A stretch of 64,000 bases of DNA from Megasphaera sp. UBA5897 (lineage in GTDB: Bacteria; Bacillota; Negativicutes; Veillonellales; Megasphaeraceae), in assembly GCA_002431345.1 (NCBI GenBank), contig DJEN01000050.1:2371-66370 (forward strand). The letters are read 5' to 3'. Under the pieces are notes generated by a model. It was not told the DNA's origin. It saw only the letters and a program-made list of their open reading frames with translations, and ran no database searches. This document shows positions 9,138 to 21,378 of the stretch, one piece after another. A program made the position numbers and the translations under genes. The stretch's first letter is position 1, and every line of letters begins with the position of its first letter.

Positions 9138-10163
9138 ATGATCAATGATAAGATTGAGGCCATCAAAGCAGCCGTCAGCGAACAACTCGCTGCCAGCCAA
9201 GCCTTGCAGGATGTGCAGAATATTCGTGTCCAATACTTAGGAAAAAAAGGCGAATTAACGTCTATTATGAAAGAATTGAAAACGCTGTCTAAAGAAGAAC
9301 GGCCAAAAGTCGGCCAGTTGGTAAATGCAGCGCGCAGTGTCATTGAAGAACAAGTAAAAGCCAAAATGGAAGAATTAAAAGAACGGGAATTGGAACAAAA
9401 AATCCAGTCCGAAAAAATCGATATTACGCTTCCAGGCAGAAAACCTGTATTAGGCCATGAACATCCCCTGCATTTGACACGCCGCCTGATGGAAGAATCG
9501 TTTCTCCGCATGGGCTTTTCTATCGTAGAAGGACCGGATATTGAATCCGACTATTATAATTTCCAGTGCCTGAATCTGCCGGAAGATCACCCAGCCCGTG
9601 ATATGCAGGATTCCATGTATGTTACCGATAATATTTTGCTGCGCACGCATACCTCCGGCATGGAAGCACGTACGCTGCAGGCTCATAAACCGAATGAACC
9701 GTTCAAAATTATTGCGCCGGGCAAAGTATACCGCTGCGATTATGACGCAACTCATTCACCGGTATTTCACCAAATGGAAGGCATGATCGTCGATAAAAAC
9801 ATTCGTTTCTCTGACTTGAAGGGTATGTTGGAAGACTTCCTTCGCGATATTTTCGGACCGCAGACAAAAGTCCGGTTCCGTGCCAGCTATTTCCCCTTTA
9901 CGGAACCAAGTGCTGAAGTCGATATTTCCTGCGTCATGTGTGGCGGCAAAGGATGCCGTGTCTGCTCTCACACCGGCTGGCTGGAAATCTTGGGCTGCGG
10001 CATGACCAACCCCAATGTATTGCGCATGAATGGCTATGACCCCAATGAAGTCAGTGCGTTTGCTTTTGGCATGGGGGTAGAACGTATTGCCATGCTCAAA
10101 TACGGCATTGATGACTTGCGGTTGTTCTATGAAAATGATATGCGGTTCTTGAACCAGTTCTAG
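9138..10163 (+). CDS. pheS: Phenylalanine-tRNA ligase alpha subunit
   Basis: HPARDMQD, LLRTHTS, THSPVFHQ, FPFTEPSAE. Confidence 0.97.
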   Translation: MINDKIEAIKAAVSEQLAASQALQDVQNIRVQYLGKKGELTSIMKELKTLSKEERPKVGQLVNAARSVIEEQVKAKMEELKERELEQKIQSEKIDITLPGRKPVLGHEHPLHLTRRLMEESFLRMGFSIVEGPDIESDYYNFQCLNLPEDHPARDMQDSMYVTDNILLRTHTSGMEARTLQAHKPNEPFKIIAPGKVYRCDYDATHSPVFHQMEGMIVDKNIRFSDLKGMLEDFLRDIFGPQTKVRFRASYFPFTEPSAEVDISCVMCGGKGCRVCSHTGWLEILGCGMTNPNVLRMNGYDPNEVSAFAFGMGVERIAMLKYGIDDLRLFYENDMRFLNQF

Positions 10164-10175
10164 GAGGTATAAACG

Positions 10176-12602
10176 ATGAAAAGTTCTTTGAAATGGATGC
10201 AGGATTATGTAGATGTCGATATGACACAAGATCTGCAGAAATTTGCGGATACACTGACGGTTGCCGGTATTCCTGTAGAACAGGTGGAATATTGGGGCGA
10301 CGAAATTAAAAAAGTAGTAACTGGTAAAATTTTAAAAATTGATAAACATCCCGATGCAGATAAGTTGGTTGTCTGCCAAATTGACGTCGGCAGTGAACAA
10401 CTGCAAATCGTCACCGGTGCTAAAAACGTTCGGGAAGGCCAAATCGTTCCCGTCGCTGTACACGGTGCGCATTTGCCGGGCGGTGTAAAAATAAAACGGT
10501 CCAAACTCCGCGGCGTACCGTCCAACGGCATGCTCTGCTCTGCCCATGAACTTGGGTTTGATGACAGTGTGCTTTTGCCGGAAGAACGCAACGGCATCTG
10601 GATTCTGCCGGAAGATACACCGATCGGCGTCGATGCAGCAGAATATTTGGATGCCAGAGATGTCGTCTATGAATATGAACTGACGCCAAACCGGGCAGAC
10701 TGCTTCTCTATGGTAGGCTTGAGCCGTGAATTTGCTGTTTTGAGCAATAAACAGGCTTCCTATCCGGACATCAAAGTGACAGAATGCGATGAATCCATTG
10801 ACGGCAAAGTATCTGCTTCGATTGAAGATGAAGATTTATGCAGCCGCTATGCCGCTCGCTTGCTGCTCAATGTCAAAATCGGCAAATCGCCGCTCTGGAT
10901 GCAGCAGCGTCTGCGCAAATCCGGCGTTCGTCCGATTAACAACGTCGTCGACGTTACCAACTATGTTATGATTGAACTGGGCATTCCTCTTCATGCTTAC
11001 GACTATGACAAAGTGGCAGACCATCATCTCATTGCCCGCCGTGCGCATGCTGATGAAGCAATTAAGACGTTGGACGGCGTAGACCGCAAACTCAATGACA
11101 ATATGCTTGTCATTGCAGATACTCAAAAACCATGCTGCATTGCCGGTATTATGGGCGGCTATAACTCAGAAGTTACGGCAGATACGAAAACAGTTATTCT
11201 CGAATGTGCTTCCTTCAAAGGTTCCAGCATTCGTCATACAGGCCGTTCGTTAGGCCTTCGTTCGGAAGCATCCGGCCGTTTTGAACGGGGCTTGGATGCA
11301 CACAGCTGCCTGCGTTCGTTGGACCGCTGCGCCCAGCTCCTGCAGCAGATGCATGCCTGTGACGTTGCCAAGGGCATTGTCGATGTATACCCGCATCCGC
11401 AGGAAACGACGAAGATTTCATTTACGGCTAAGCAGGTCAACACCTTCCTGGGTACGGATATCCCGGAAGAACAGATGATTCACATGCTGGAAACGCTGCA
11501 GTTCGGTATTGAAAAAGACGGCGAAACCGTTACGGCTGTCGTACCGTCCTATCGCGGCGACTGCACGGAAATGCCGGATATAGCAGAAGAAGTAGCCCGT
11601 ATTTATGGCTATGAAAATATTCCGTCTACACGTCCATGGTCCAATATTTCCAAAGGGGAAGAAGGATTCCATCATCAAGTCGGCGAAAAAATTTCAGCTA
11701 TTCTCAGCGGCAGCGGCTTGAATGAAACCGTAACGTTCAGCTTCGTACATCCGGATTCGCTGAAAAAACTGCTCTTCAAAGACGGAGATCCCGTATATCA
11801 TGCTGTACCGATTCTCAACCCGATTACGGAAGAATTTCCGCTGATGCGCACTACGCTGATTCCGTCGCTGATGGATGTACTGGTTCGTAATCAGGCCGTA
11901 AAGAATCCGTCCGTCGGCATTTATGAAATTGCGCCGGTATATGCGCCGAAAGAACTGCCCGTGACGGAACTGCCGCATCAGGAATATCGTGTAGCCGGCT
12001 TGCTCTATGGCCAGCGGACAACGGCACAATGGCCGACACAGGCTGCCAACTATGATTTCTATGATGTCAAAGGCATTGTAGAAGCCGTATTGGAAGGACT
12101 GGGCATTCATGCAGATTTGGAAACATCGGATTACGCGCCGCTTCATCCGGGAAAAGCAGCCCAGTATGTCAAAGATGGAAAAGTCCTTTGCCGGTTTGGC
12201 GAACTCCATCCAAAAGCTATGGACAACTATGACGTTGCCGGCCCGGTATATGTATTTGAAATGTATATGAATGAAATTCTGCCGCTTATCAATTTGATTC
12301 CGGATTACCATAAAGTTGCCAAATTCCCGGCTTCCAGCCGTGACCTTGCCTTTTTGGCACCGCTTGCCACAACCAATGAATCGATTATTGATGTGATTAA
12401 AGCAGACGGCGGCCCGTATTTGGAAGCAGTACATCTCTTTGATATGTACACTGGCAAACAGGTACCGCAGGGCTTCAAGAGCTTGGCATATTCGCTGGTA
12501 TTCCGTTCAGAAGAAGGAACACTTACCGATGCAGACATTCAGACCCCTGTCGATGCCATTGTCAAGGATTTGAAAGAAAAACTGAACTGCGAATTGCGCT
12601 AA
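10176..12602 (+). CDS. pheT: Phenylalanine-tRNA ligase beta subunit
   Basis: HPDADKL, TPNRADC, INNVVDVTNY, EEVARIYGY. Confidence 0.97.
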   Translation: MKSSLKWMQDYVDVDMTQDLQKFADTLTVAGIPVEQVEYWGDEIKKVVTGKILKIDKHPDADKLVVCQIDVGSEQLQIVTGAKNVREGQIVPVAVHGAHLPGGVKIKRSKLRGVPSNGMLCSAHELGFDDSVLLPEERNGIWILPEDTPIGVDAAEYLDARDVVYEYELTPNRADCFSMVGLSREFAVLSNKQASYPDIKVTECDESIDGKVSASIEDEDLCSRYAARLLLNVKIGKSPLWMQQRLRKSGVRPINNVVDVTNYVMIELGIPLHAYDYDKVADHHLIARRAHADEAIKTLDGVDRKLNDNMLVIADTQKPCCIAGIMGGYNSEVTADTKTVILECASFKGSSIRHTGRSLGLRSEASGRFERGLDAHSCLRSLDRCAQLLQQMHACDVAKGIVDVYPHPQETTKISFTAKQVNTFLGTDIPEEQMIHMLETLQFGIEKDGETVTAVVPSYRGDCTEMPDIAEEVARIYGYENIPSTRPWSNISKGEEGFHHQVGEKISAILSGSGLNETVTFSFVHPDSLKKLLFKDGDPVYHAVPILNPITEEFPLMRTTLIPSLMDVLVRNQAVKNPSVGIYEIAPVYAPKELPVTELPHQEYRVAGLLYGQRTTAQWPTQAANYDFYDVKGIVEAVLEGLGIHADLETSDYAPLHPGKAAQYVKDGKVLCRFGELHPKAMDNYDVAGPVYVFEMYMNEILPLINLIPDYHKVAKFPASSRDLAFLAPLATTNESIIDVIKADGGPYLEAVHLFDMYTGKQVPQGFKSLAYSLVFRSEEGTLTDADIQTPVDAIVKDLKEKLNCELR

Positions 12603-12619
12603 GTACTACATTCACGCAT

Positions 12620-12651
12620 AAAAAAACGGCTTCTGCGGGAGTCGTTTTTTT
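12620..12651 (+). terminator. Intrinsic terminator after pheT
   Basis: AAAAAACGGCTTC-TGCG-GGAGTCGTTTTTT. Confidence 0.75.
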
Positions 12652-12771
12652 GCCGTGTTGTAATCTTAAATATTTATTGTAAAATATGTAAACTTGTGGT
12701 ATGATGTAGAGCGTAATATGGTATTTTAGAGATAATTTAGGGCTTCGGCCCATAAGGAGGACATACTTAGA

Positions 12772-14124
12772 ATGAACGTAACAGTTAATGAAGTAGACCA
12801 ACACAAAGTAACCCTGCACATTGAAGTGCCTGCAAAAGACGCTTCCAAAGCAGCTGCAGCTGCTTGCAAAAACTTGGCAAGCAGAGTAAACATCCCGGGC
12901 TTCCGTAAAGGCAAAGCACCGCGTATGGTGTTGGAAAGCTTCTTGGGCAAAGACGCTGTCAAACAGGAAGTATTTGAAGCCATTGCCAATAAAGCATACA
13001 GTGATGCACTGCAGGAAAAAAATATTGTACCGGTTACAGATCCGGAAATCAAAGTAATCAGCGATGAAAAAGGCAAAGATGTTGTATTTGAAGCAACGAT
13101 TACCAAAAAACCGGAAGTAAAACTCGGTGAATACAAAGGCATTAAAGCTGCTAAAGACGAAGTAGCTGTCAGCGACGAAGATGTATCCAAAGAATTAGCA
13201 AACCTGCAGAAACAGCACGCTAAAATGGTCGTTGCACCGGAAGGCACTGAAATCGCAAAAGATGACTTCGCAGTTATCGATTTCAAAGGCACGGTTGACG
13301 GTGTAGCATTTGAAGGCGGCGAAGGCAAATCCTATCCGCTTCAGATTGGTTCCGGCAGCTTTATCCCCGGCTTTGAAGACCAGTTGATTGGCTGCAAAGC
13401 AGGCGACGAAAAAGATGTTAAAGTTACTTTCCCGGAAGACTATTTTGAAAAATCCCTCGCCGGCAAAGAAGCTGTATTTGCCGTTAAAGTCAACGACGTA
13501 AAACGCAGCGAACTGCCAGCTATTAACGATGAATTTGCTAAAGAAGCAGGCAAATTTGACAGCGTTGACGAACTGAAAGCAGATATCCGCAAACGCTTGG
13601 AATCTAAAGCATCCTTCCAGGCTTTGGAAAAATACAACGCAGAAATTCTCAAAACAGCTGTTAACAATGCAGAAGTAGATATTCCGCAGGTCATGATTGA
13701 TGAAAAAATCGATCAGATGATTGAAGAACTTTCCATGAAATTGGAAACACAGCGCATGAACATTGACGATTATCTTAAATACATGGGTCAGGATATGGAC
13801 AAATTGAAAGAACAGTATGCTGAACCGGCAAAAGAAAACGTCAAAATGGATCTCGTATTGGAAGCCATTGCCAAAGCAGAAAACATTGAAGTAAAAGATA
13901 TTGACCTGCAGGCAGAAATCATTACGATGGCTCAGAACTTTGGTGCAGATCCTAAAGAAGTATACAAAATTATTATGAAAGAACATCGCGTTCCGATGCT
14001 TGTTCAGTCTGTTGGCCGCAAAAAAGCAGCAAGCTTCATCTTGAAAAATGCTGTTGACACAAACGAAAAAGCTGACGAACCTAAAGTAGAACAGGTAAAG
14101 GCTGAAGAAAAACCGGAAGCGTAA
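12772..14124 (+). CDS. tig: Trigger factor
   Basis: IPGFRKGKAP, FKBP domain FIPGFEDQL. Confidence 0.97.
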   Translation: MNVTVNEVDQHKVTLHIEVPAKDASKAAAAACKNLASRVNIPGFRKGKAPRMVLESFLGKDAVKQEVFEAIANKAYSDALQEKNIVPVTDPEIKVISDEKGKDVVFEATITKKPEVKLGEYKGIKAAKDEVAVSDEDVSKELANLQKQHAKMVVAPEGTEIAKDDFAVIDFKGTVDGVAFEGGEGKSYPLQIGSGSFIPGFEDQLIGCKAGDEKDVKVTFPEDYFEKSLAGKEAVFAVKVNDVKRSELPAINDEFAKEAGKFDSVDELKADIRKRLESKASFQALEKYNAEILKTAVNNAEVDIPQVMIDEKIDQMIEELSMKLETQRMNIDDYLKYMGQDMDKLKEQYAEPAKENVKMDLVLEAIAKAENIEVKDIDLQAEIITMAQNFGADPKEVYKIIMKEHRVPMLVQSVGRKKAASFILKNAVDTNEKADEPKVEQVKAEEKPEA

Positions 14125-14142
14125 TCTCCGGAGGTGTTTTCT

Positions 14143-14742
14143 ATGAGTATGTATGTCCCCATTGTCGTCGAACAGACGGCGCAGGGTGAACGAAGCTATG
14201 ATATTTATTCCCGCCTGCTTAAAGACCGCATCGTCTTTTTGGGCGGTGCGATTGACGATACCGTAGCGAATATCGTTACAGCACAACTCTTGTTTTTAGA
14301 AGCAGATGATCCTGACAAGGATATTCATCTGTATATTAACAGCCCCGGCGGCGTCGTTACTGCCGGTATGGCTATTTACGATACGATGCAGTATATTAAG
14401 CCTGACGTATCGACCATTTGTATTGGCTCTGCTGCCAGCATGGCTTCGGTTCTGCTGACGGCCGGTGCCAAAGGCAAGCGGTTTGCTCTTCCTCATTCAC
14501 AGGTCATGATTCATCAGCCTTTAGGCGGTGTACAGGGCCAGGCTACGGAGATTGAAATCCATGCCCGTGAAATTTTGCGTATGCGTAAAGAATTAAACGG
14601 CATTTTGTCCGCACATACTGGACAGCCGTTAGAAGTCATCCAAAAGGATACTGAACGGGACAATTTCATGACGGCAGAAGAAGCAAAAGCCTACGGTCTT
14701 ATTGATGAAATTCTCGTCCGTCCTCACGGCGAAGCAAAATGA
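14143..14742 (+). CDS. clpP: ATP-dependent Clp protease proteolytic subunit
   Basis: [27 protein letters not shown]. Confidence 0.97.
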   Translation: MSMYVPIVVEQTAQGERSYDIYSRLLKDRIVFLGGAIDDTVANIVTAQLLFLEADDPDKDIHLYINSPGGVVTAGMAIYDTMQYIKPDVSTICIGSAASMASVLLTAGAKGKRFALPHSQVMIHQPLGGVQGQATEIEIHAREILRMRKELNGILSAHTGQPLEVIQKDTERDNFMTAEEAKAYGLIDEILVRPHGEAK

Positions 14743-14766
14743 TAGGAAGGACAGGAGGAAGACGTA

Positions 14767-16002
14767 GTGAAAGATAGAAATGATGAACCGAGATGCAGTT
14801 TTTGCGGCCGTCCGCAAAGCGAAGTGCAGAAACTGATTGCCGGCCCGGGTGTATACATTTGCGATGAATGCGTTGCTGTAGCCCAGCATATAATGGAAGA
14901 AGAAAAGCAGGAAGCGGCTTCGTCTGAATTCCATTTGAAAGAACTGCCTACACCGCACCAAATCAAAGAAACATTGGATGAATACGTCATTGGCCAGGAG
15001 GCAGCCAAAAAGACCTTGTCGGTTGCTGTATACAATCATTATAAACGGCTGCAGACAAACAGTGTCGTCGAAGATGTCGAATTGCAGAAATCGAATATCA
15101 TTATGGTAGGCCCTACAGGCAGCGGCAAAACACTGCTGGCCCAGACATTAGCCCGTCTGCTTGATGTTCCTTTTGCGATTGCTGATGCTACAAGTCTTAC
15201 AGAAGCCGGTTATGTTGGCGAAGATGTTGAAAACTGCCTGCTAAAGCTGATTCAGGCTGCAGATTATGACATTGCCAAAGCGGAACGCGGTATTGTCTAT
15301 ATTGATGAAATCGATAAGATTGCCCGTAAGTCCGAAAACCCGTCTATTACGCGGGATGTATCCGGTGAAGGCGTACAGCAGGCATTGCTGAAAATTTTGG
15401 AAGGCACGGTTGCCGCTGTACCGCCCCAAGGTGGACGCAAGCATCCCCATCAAGAAATGCTGCAAATCGATACTACCAATATCTTATTTATTTGCGGCGG
15501 TGCGTTCGACGGTATCGACAAAACGATTTTAAACCGTACGACTGATAAGAACATGGGGTTTGGCGCAGATATTCATTCTAAAACAGAACAGTCGATGGAA
15601 ACGCTGCTCAAAGAAATTATTCCCACAGACTTGCAGAAGTTTGGCTTGATTCCAGAATTAATTGGCCGTCTTCCCGTATTGGTTACATTAAATCCATTAG
15701 ACGAAGATGCCATGATACATATTCTTACGGAACCGAAAAATGCACTTGTCAAACAGTACCAAAAAATGCTGGATATGGATCACGTAGAACTGAAGTTTAC
15801 GCCGGAAGCACTGCAGGCGATTGCCAAAGAAGCACTGCGCCGCAACACGGGTGCCCGCGGTCTTCGTTCTATTATTGAACGCATTATGCTGGATGTCATG
15901 TTTGATGTTCCAAGCCGTACAGACGTTACCCAGTGCATCGTCACGGAAGATTGTGTGACCAAGGGAACAGAACCTGAACTGGTATTGAAAGAAGAAGAAT
16001 GA
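14767..16002 (+). CDS. clpX: Clp protease ATP-binding subunit ClpX
   Basis: CSFCG zinc finger, [22 protein letters not shown]. Confidence 0.97.
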   Translation: MKDRNDEPRCSFCGRPQSEVQKLIAGPGVYICDECVAVAQHIMEEEKQEAASSEFHLKELPTPHQIKETLDEYVIGQEAAKKTLSVAVYNHYKRLQTNSVVEDVELQKSNIIMVGPTGSGKTLLAQTLARLLDVPFAIADATSLTEAGYVGEDVENCLLKLIQAADYDIAKAERGIVYIDEIDKIARKSENPSITRDVSGEGVQQALLKILEGTVAAVPPQGGRKHPHQEMLQIDTTNILFICGGAFDGIDKTILNRTTDKNMGFGADIHSKTEQSMETLLKEIIPTDLQKFGLIPELIGRLPVLVTLNPLDEDAMIHILTEPKNALVKQYQKMLDMDHVELKFTPEALQAIAKEALRRNTGARGLRSIIERIMLDVMFDVPSRTDVTQCIVTEDCVTKGTEPELVLKEEE

Positions 16003-16076
16003 TATAGAACGACAATAAAACTCATTTCTCATAGCCAGAAATGAGTTTTATTTTTAGATTAAAGAAGGTGAAGACT

Positions 16077-18392
16077 ATGGATGAAAACGCAATTTTGGCA
16101 ATGCCCTTTATTCCATTGCGGGGCCTTGTCGTTTACCCGAAACTAGTAAGCCATATTGACATAGGACGGGATAAATCATTAGCAGCTGTCGATTATGCCA
16201 TGGAGCATGACCGCATGTTAGTCGTTTCGACTCAAGTTGATGAAGAAGTGGATAATCCGGGCTTTGACGATGTATATCAGATGGGTACGCTCGTCAAAAT
16301 ACAGCAGCTGCTCCGTTTACCCGGCGGGTTAGTCCGTATTCTCGTAGATGGCATATCCCGTGTGCAGCTGCAGGGATTTTCGGAAAAAGAAAACTATTTG
16401 GAAGTAGCCTGTGTTAAAGTCAGCGAAGTAAGTACAGATGCAGTGCAGGAAGAAGCCCTGCGCCGTGTTCTTTTCAACCGCTTTAGCAGCTGGTTGGAAA
16501 ATCTTCGCAACAGTGAAGAATTATTGGACAGAGCCCGTGCCATTGAAGAACCGGGCGTACTGGCTGATTATGCAGCGCTGCAGCTGCCCATTCGTTTGGT
16601 AGTGCGCCAGCAGATTTTGGAAACCGTAGATATTAAAGCCCGGTTAGAACGAATGGCGGCATTGCTGGATACGGAATTGGAAATTACGGAACTGGAATCG
16701 AAGCTGAACACAGAAGTCCGTGGGAAACTGGACCAGCAGCAAAAAGAATATTATCTGCGCGAAAAGATTAAAGCCATTCATGAAGAATTAGGCGATAAAG
16801 TCGATAAAGACACGGAAATGCAGGAACTGCGGGATAAAATCCGCAAGATGAAGCTGGCTAAAAAAATCGAAGAAGCATTACTCAAAGAAGTTGACCGCCT
16901 GGATTCGATGCCGCCTATGATGGCAGAATCTGCGATTATACGCACGTATTTGGATTGGGCGCTGGCATTGCCGTGGAAAAAAGAAACCAGAGACCGTCTC
17001 GATTTAAACGAAGCGCAGCGCGTCTTGGATGAAGATCATTACGGCTTGAAAAAAGTCAAAGAACGAATTATTGAATATTTGGCAGTAAAGCAGCTGACAC
17101 ACAGTTTAAAAGGACCGATTTTGTGCTTTGTAGGGCCTCCGGGAACAGGCAAGACGAGTATTGCCCGTTCTATTGCCAGAGCGATGAACCGCAAGTATGT
17201 CCGTGTTTCGTTGGGCGGCGTGCGGGATGAAGCCGAAATTCGAGGCCACCGCCGTACGTATATTGGGGCGCTGCCGGGACGCATTATTTCCGGCATGAAG
17301 CAGGCGGGAGTAAAAAACCCAGTATTCCTTCTCGACGAAGTGGACAAGATGACGTCCGATATGCGCGGAGATCCGTCAGCCGCACTGCTGGAAGTCTTAG
17401 ATCCGGAACAGAACAATACATTTAGCGATCATTTCTTGGAAATACCCTTTGATTTATCCAAAGTATTCTGGATTACGACCGCCAATGTTATCAGTGATAT
17501 TCCGCGTCCACTGCTGGACCGCATGGAAATTATTGATTTTACCAGCTACACAGAAGAAGAAAAGGTACAGATTGCCAAGCAGTATCTGGTTCCTAAGCAG
17601 CTTAAGGAAAATGGGTTAAAGGCAAGCCAGGCCCGTTTTTCTGATGCCGTATTGAAAAACATCATACAGGGATATACACGGGAATCCGGCGTGCGTACTT
17701 TGGAAAAAACGATTGGCACCGTATGCCGTAAAATTGGCAAGTCCATTTTGCTGGATGCAGAAAAACCGATGACTGTTACCGTTAAAAACTTGGAAACGCT
17801 GTTGGGTCCGATTAAATTCCTGCCGACTAAACTTACTAAAGAAGATGAAGTCGGGCTTGTTACGGGGCTGGCATGGACTCAGGTCGGCGGCGAAGTATTG
17901 GAAACAGAAGCAGTAGCTGTCAAGGGAAAAGGCAACTTGCTGCTGACGGGACAACTTGGTGATGTCATGAAGGAATCGGCAGAAGCCGGCGTTACGTATA
18001 TCCGCAGCCGGGCGCAATCGTTGGGACTGCCGGATGATTTCTATATGCATTACGATTTTCACATCCATCTGCCGGAAGGCGCAATTCCGAAAGACGGTCC
18101 GTCTGCAGGGATTACGATGGCGACAGCCTTGGCATCTGCTCTTACGGGCAGGCCGGTTCGACATGATGTGGCGATGACTGGTGAAATAACACTGCGGGGC
18201 ACGGTTCTGCCGATTGGTGGTGTGAAAGAAAAAGTTATTGCTGCCCATCGCGCCGGTATCAAAAAAATTCTGCTGCCGGAAGAAAATAAACGGGACATGC
18301 CGGATGTACCGCAGTCTGTTAAAGATGATGTTGAATTTGTGTTTGTACATCACATGGATGAAGTGCTTGCTCAGGCACTGGTGAATGCCTAA
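16077..18392 (+). CDS. lon: Lon protease
   Basis: [27 protein letters not shown]. Confidence 0.97.
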   Translation: MDENAILAMPFIPLRGLVVYPKLVSHIDIGRDKSLAAVDYAMEHDRMLVVSTQVDEEVDNPGFDDVYQMGTLVKIQQLLRLPGGLVRILVDGISRVQLQGFSEKENYLEVACVKVSEVSTDAVQEEALRRVLFNRFSSWLENLRNSEELLDRARAIEEPGVLADYAALQLPIRLVVRQQILETVDIKARLERMAALLDTELEITELESKLNTEVRGKLDQQQKEYYLREKIKAIHEELGDKVDKDTEMQELRDKIRKMKLAKKIEEALLKEVDRLDSMPPMMAESAIIRTYLDWALALPWKKETRDRLDLNEAQRVLDEDHYGLKKVKERIIEYLAVKQLTHSLKGPILCFVGPPGTGKTSIARSIARAMNRKYVRVSLGGVRDEAEIRGHRRTYIGALPGRIISGMKQAGVKNPVFLLDEVDKMTSDMRGDPSAALLEVLDPEQNNTFSDHFLEIPFDLSKVFWITTANVISDIPRPLLDRMEIIDFTSYTEEEKVQIAKQYLVPKQLKENGLKASQARFSDAVLKNIIQGYTRESGVRTLEKTIGTVCRKIGKSILLDAEKPMTVTVKNLETLLGPIKFLPTKLTKEDEVGLVTGLAWTQVGGEVLETEAVAVKGKGNLLLTGQLGDVMKESAEAGVTYIRSRAQSLGLPDDFYMHYDFHIHLPEGAIPKDGPSAGITMATALASALTGRPVRHDVAMTGEITLRGTVLPIGGVKEKVIAAHRAGIKKILLPEENKRDMPDVPQSVKDDVEFVFVHHMDEVLAQALVNA

Positions 18393-19018
18393 TGCCGCAG
18401 GAACTGCAGATTATTAAGGCAACGTATACGGCATCTGCCGTACGCCCAGATCAATATCCAGATGACGGTTTGCCGGAAATCGCTTTTTTGGGGCGCTCCA
18501 ATGTGGGAAAATCCAGCCTGATTAATTCTCTTTGCAATCAGCGGAATTTGGCCCGTGTCAGCGGTGAACCCGGCAAGACGCAGACGATTAACTATTTTCA
18601 GTCCGTACTGCGCAGCCGCGGAGAAACAGAAGAAAAACGCAGAGATTTTTTTCTTGTCGATTTGCCAGGCTATGGCTTTGCGAGAACCGGCGGCAAAAAA
18701 AGACAGATGTGGAGTGACTTTATTGGCCAATATGTGACCCAGTCTCCGCATTTGGTACTTCTTTGCCTTTTGATTGATTTGCGTCATCCAGGTCTTGCAA
18801 TTGACTGCCAGGCCTATGAATGGCTGGCCCGTCAGGGTGTTCACATACAGATTGTAGGAACTAAAGCAGATAAGTTGTCTGCTAATGAAAAAAGAAAAAA
18901 TATAGCACAGCTCAATAAAATCTTTCCCTCCGTATATGGAGCCGTAGCCTATTCCTCACTGAAAAAGGATGGCCGGGATGCATTGCTTTCCCATGCATGG
19001 AATGCCTTGGAAGAATAA
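18392..19018 (+). CDS. engB: Ribosome biogenesis GTPase YihA/YsxC
   Basis: GRSNVGKSSLIN, PGKTQ, DLPGYG, TKADK. Confidence 0.95.
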   Translation: MPQELQIIKATYTASAVRPDQYPDDGLPEIAFLGRSNVGKSSLINSLCNQRNLARVSGEPGKTQTINYFQSVLRSRGETEEKRRDFFLVDLPGYGFARTGGKKRQMWSDFIGQYVTQSPHLVLLCLLIDLRHPGLAIDCQAYEWLARQGVHIQIVGTKADKLSANEKRKNIAQLNKIFPSVYGAVAYSSLKKDGRDALLSHAWNALEE

Positions 19019-19033
19019 TTGATGCCGTATCAT

Positions 19034-19071
19034 TCACTCGGTATGCGTACCCGCATGCCGGGTGATTTTTT
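19034..19071 (+). terminator. Intrinsic terminator after engB
   Basis: TCACTCGGTATGCG-TACC-CGCATGCCGGGTGA followed by a T run. Confidence 0.7.
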
Positions 19072-19192
19072 ATAAAAAAGAGGCCGGAAAGGTCAAAAAG
19101 GAGAGATTGGCTGTGATGACTGGAAAAAAAAGCCCATGTTTGCTATAATAGGTTTGGTATATTTAGCCGACCATAGGAGGTAGGACATAAAT

Positions 19193-19561
19193 ATGGCAGT
19201 TGTTTCCATAGAAAATGATGCTGATTTTTCGCTGCAGGTTCTCCATAAAACAGGTATTGTCATGGTATATTTTTGGGCATCATGGTGCGGCCCGTGCAAG
19301 ATGGTACGCTCTGAAATTGAAAATGTTGCTGAAAAAATGGCCTCGACTGTACATGCTGTGTGTGTCAACGTCGATATACGGCAGGATATTGCAGAGAAAT
19401 ATGATATTATGGCTGTGCCGACACTGTTGTTTTTTAAAGACGGTAAGCCACTGCGGCGTATCATTGGCTATACATCACAAGAAGAAATTGAAAAGTTTTT
19501 GCAAAATGTATCTGATGCGGCAGAGAAAAACGCAGCAGTAGAGAAGGGTCATCATTCGTAA
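19193..19561 (+). CDS. Thioredoxin
   Basis: FWASWCGPCK active site. Confidence 0.92.
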   Translation: MAVVSIENDADFSLQVLHKTGIVMVYFWASWCGPCKMVRSEIENVAEKMASTVHAVCVNVDIRQDIAEKYDIMAVPTLLFFKDGKPLRRIIGYTSQEEIEKFLQNVSDAAEKNAAVEKGHHS

Positions 19562-19597
19562 TTTTGACAGTAAAAACGTTAGGATGGTATAATTGTA

Positions 19598-20554
19598 ATG
19601 GAGATGCAGAAGCTGCAGCAAAAAAAGATGCTGTCGATTGTTGTTCCTGTATATAACGAACAACCGAATATTGAAAAATTTTATAAAGAAGCGACGAAAG
19701 CCGTGAAGGGCTTGGACATGGAATACGAAATTATTTTTGTAGACGATGGCTCTAAAGATCAGACCCCATTCCTGTTGAGTCGGCTGACGCAGGAGGATAC
19801 GCATGTCCGGGCATTGATTTTAGCCCGCAATTTCGGACATCAGCTGGCGATTACCTGTGGCATGGATCGTGCCTGCGGGGATGCGGTCATTACGATGGAC
19901 GGCGATTTGCAGCATCCACCGGCCATGATTCCAGACTTAGTTGAAAAATGGCAGGAAGGAGCCGATGTCGTGCAGACCGTGCGCGAGGCGACAGATGATG
20001 CCGGTTTTATCAAGCGGCAGACATCCAAGTGGTATTATATTATTTTAAATGCCGTGTCACCAGTGCATATTGTGCCGGGAGGCTCTGACTTTCGCCTCAT
20101 CGACAAAAAAGTTTTACAGACATTCAAGTTGTTTCGGGAACACGACCGATTTATCCGCGGCATGATAGGCGATATTGGCTACAAACAGGAAACGATTTCC
20201 TTTGTAGCTCCCAAACGCTTTGCCGGCAAGTCTAAATTTTCCATGAAGAAAATGATTCGCTTTGCTCTGGATGGGATTATGGCGTATTCGCACCTTCCTC
20301 TGCGCATATCGTTTTATGCGGGCATACTGAGTGGATTATTTAGCATTCTTATGATTATACATGTACTCTACTGCAAATTCATGGGAGAAGCCGCTCCGGG
20401 ATGGACGACAACCATGGTCGTTGTATGTCTTCTTGGCGGATTGCAGCTTATGTTTATTGGTATTATGGGTGAGTACATAGGACGCATTTTTGAAGAAGTA
20501 AAAAATAGGCCTTTGTATTGGCTGAAAGCTGAATTAGGAACCAAATCAAAGTAA
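19598..20554 (+). CDS. GT2 polyprenyl-phosphate glycosyltransferase (GtrB/YkcC-like)
   Basis: VPVYNE, VDDGS, RNFGHQ, MDGDLQHPP, two C-terminal TM helices; start codon uncertain. Confidence 0.88.
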   Translation: MEMQKLQQKKMLSIVVPVYNEQPNIEKFYKEATKAVKGLDMEYEIIFVDDGSKDQTPFLLSRLTQEDTHVRALILARNFGHQLAITCGMDRACGDAVITMDGDLQHPPAMIPDLVEKWQEGADVVQTVREATDDAGFIKRQTSKWYYIILNAVSPVHIVPGGSDFRLIDKKVLQTFKLFREHDRFIRGMIGDIGYKQETISFVAPKRFAGKSKFSMKKMIRFALDGIMAYSHLPLRISFYAGILSGLFSILMIIHVLYCKFMGEAAPGWTTTMVVVCLLGGLQLMFIGIMGEYIGRIFEEVKNRPLYWLKAELGTKSK

Positions 20555-20601
20555 AAAATATAAAAGAAATCCAGTGGATACAAAGACGGAGAGGAGCTTT
20601 T

Positions 20602-21378
20602 ATGTGGAATAAACTAAGTAAAGTCATGTGTATAGCAGCCTTGCTGACGGTAGCAGCGATTCCGGCAGGAGCAGCTAATTATTATACTGTAGGCAACAAA
20701 GGCAGCGATGTCCTGCTGATTCAAAAACAGCTTCGCAAATTGGGATATAAAGTCAAAATGGACGGCGTATATTCCAAAGACACAGCAAAAGCTGTAGCCA
20801 AATTTCAGACAGATAAAAAAATCCAGGTCAGCGGCAACGTTGGCGGCTGGACATATTATTTGCTGACCGGACAACGGACAATGCTTACTAAAAACACACC
20901 GAAAGCCATCAAACCATCTATTGGCAGTAAAAATGTAAAGAACAATTCGGCAAATCCGCTTGCCGCGTCGCAAGTCAAATATACGAAATGGAAAAATTTG
21001 ACAGGGACAGACCGTGTTGGCAGTCAGCTGGTTTCATCCGCTTATCAGTATTTAGGCGTGCCGTATGTATTCGGCGGCAATACGCCGGATGGATTTGATT
21101 GTTCTGGATTTACTAAATATGTATTTTCGCATAACGGCATCAATTTGCCCCGCATGGCAGATGAACAGTATATGCTGGGCGACAAAGTATCCCGCAGTGA
21201 ATTGATTCCCGGCGACTTGGTCTTTTTTACGACTTATGAACCCGGTGTATCGCATACAGGCATTTATGTAGGCGATGATAACTTTATCAGCGCTACGAGC
21301 AGCGGCGGTATCCGCGTAGACAGCTTAAACAGCGGCTATTGGGGTTCTCGGTATATTGGTGCGAAACGAGTTAGATAA
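20602..21378 (+). CDS. Secreted NlpC/P60 peptidoglycan endopeptidase with PG-binding domain
   Basis: Signal peptide, GSDV..IQ..L..LGY PG-binding domain, GFDCSG catalytic Cys, SHTGIY. Confidence 0.92.
   Translation: MWNKLSKVMCIAALLTVAAIPAGAANYYTVGNKGSDVLLIQKQLRKLGYKVKMDGVYSKDTAKAVAKFQTDKKIQVSGNVGGWTYYLLTGQRTMLTKNTPKAIKPSIGSKNVKNNSANPLAASQVKYTKWKNLTGTDRVGSQLVSSAYQYLGVPYVFGGNTPDGFDCSGFTKYVFSHNGINLPRMADEQYMLGDKVSRSELIPGDLVFFTTYEPGVSHTGIYVGDDNFISATSSGGIRVDSLNSGYWGSRYIGAKRVR

Noticed and set aside
13195..14286. 363-aa minus-strand ORF opposite tig
   Set aside because: Antisense shadow of a codon-biased, highly expressed gene; Phe-rich, no motifs or RBS
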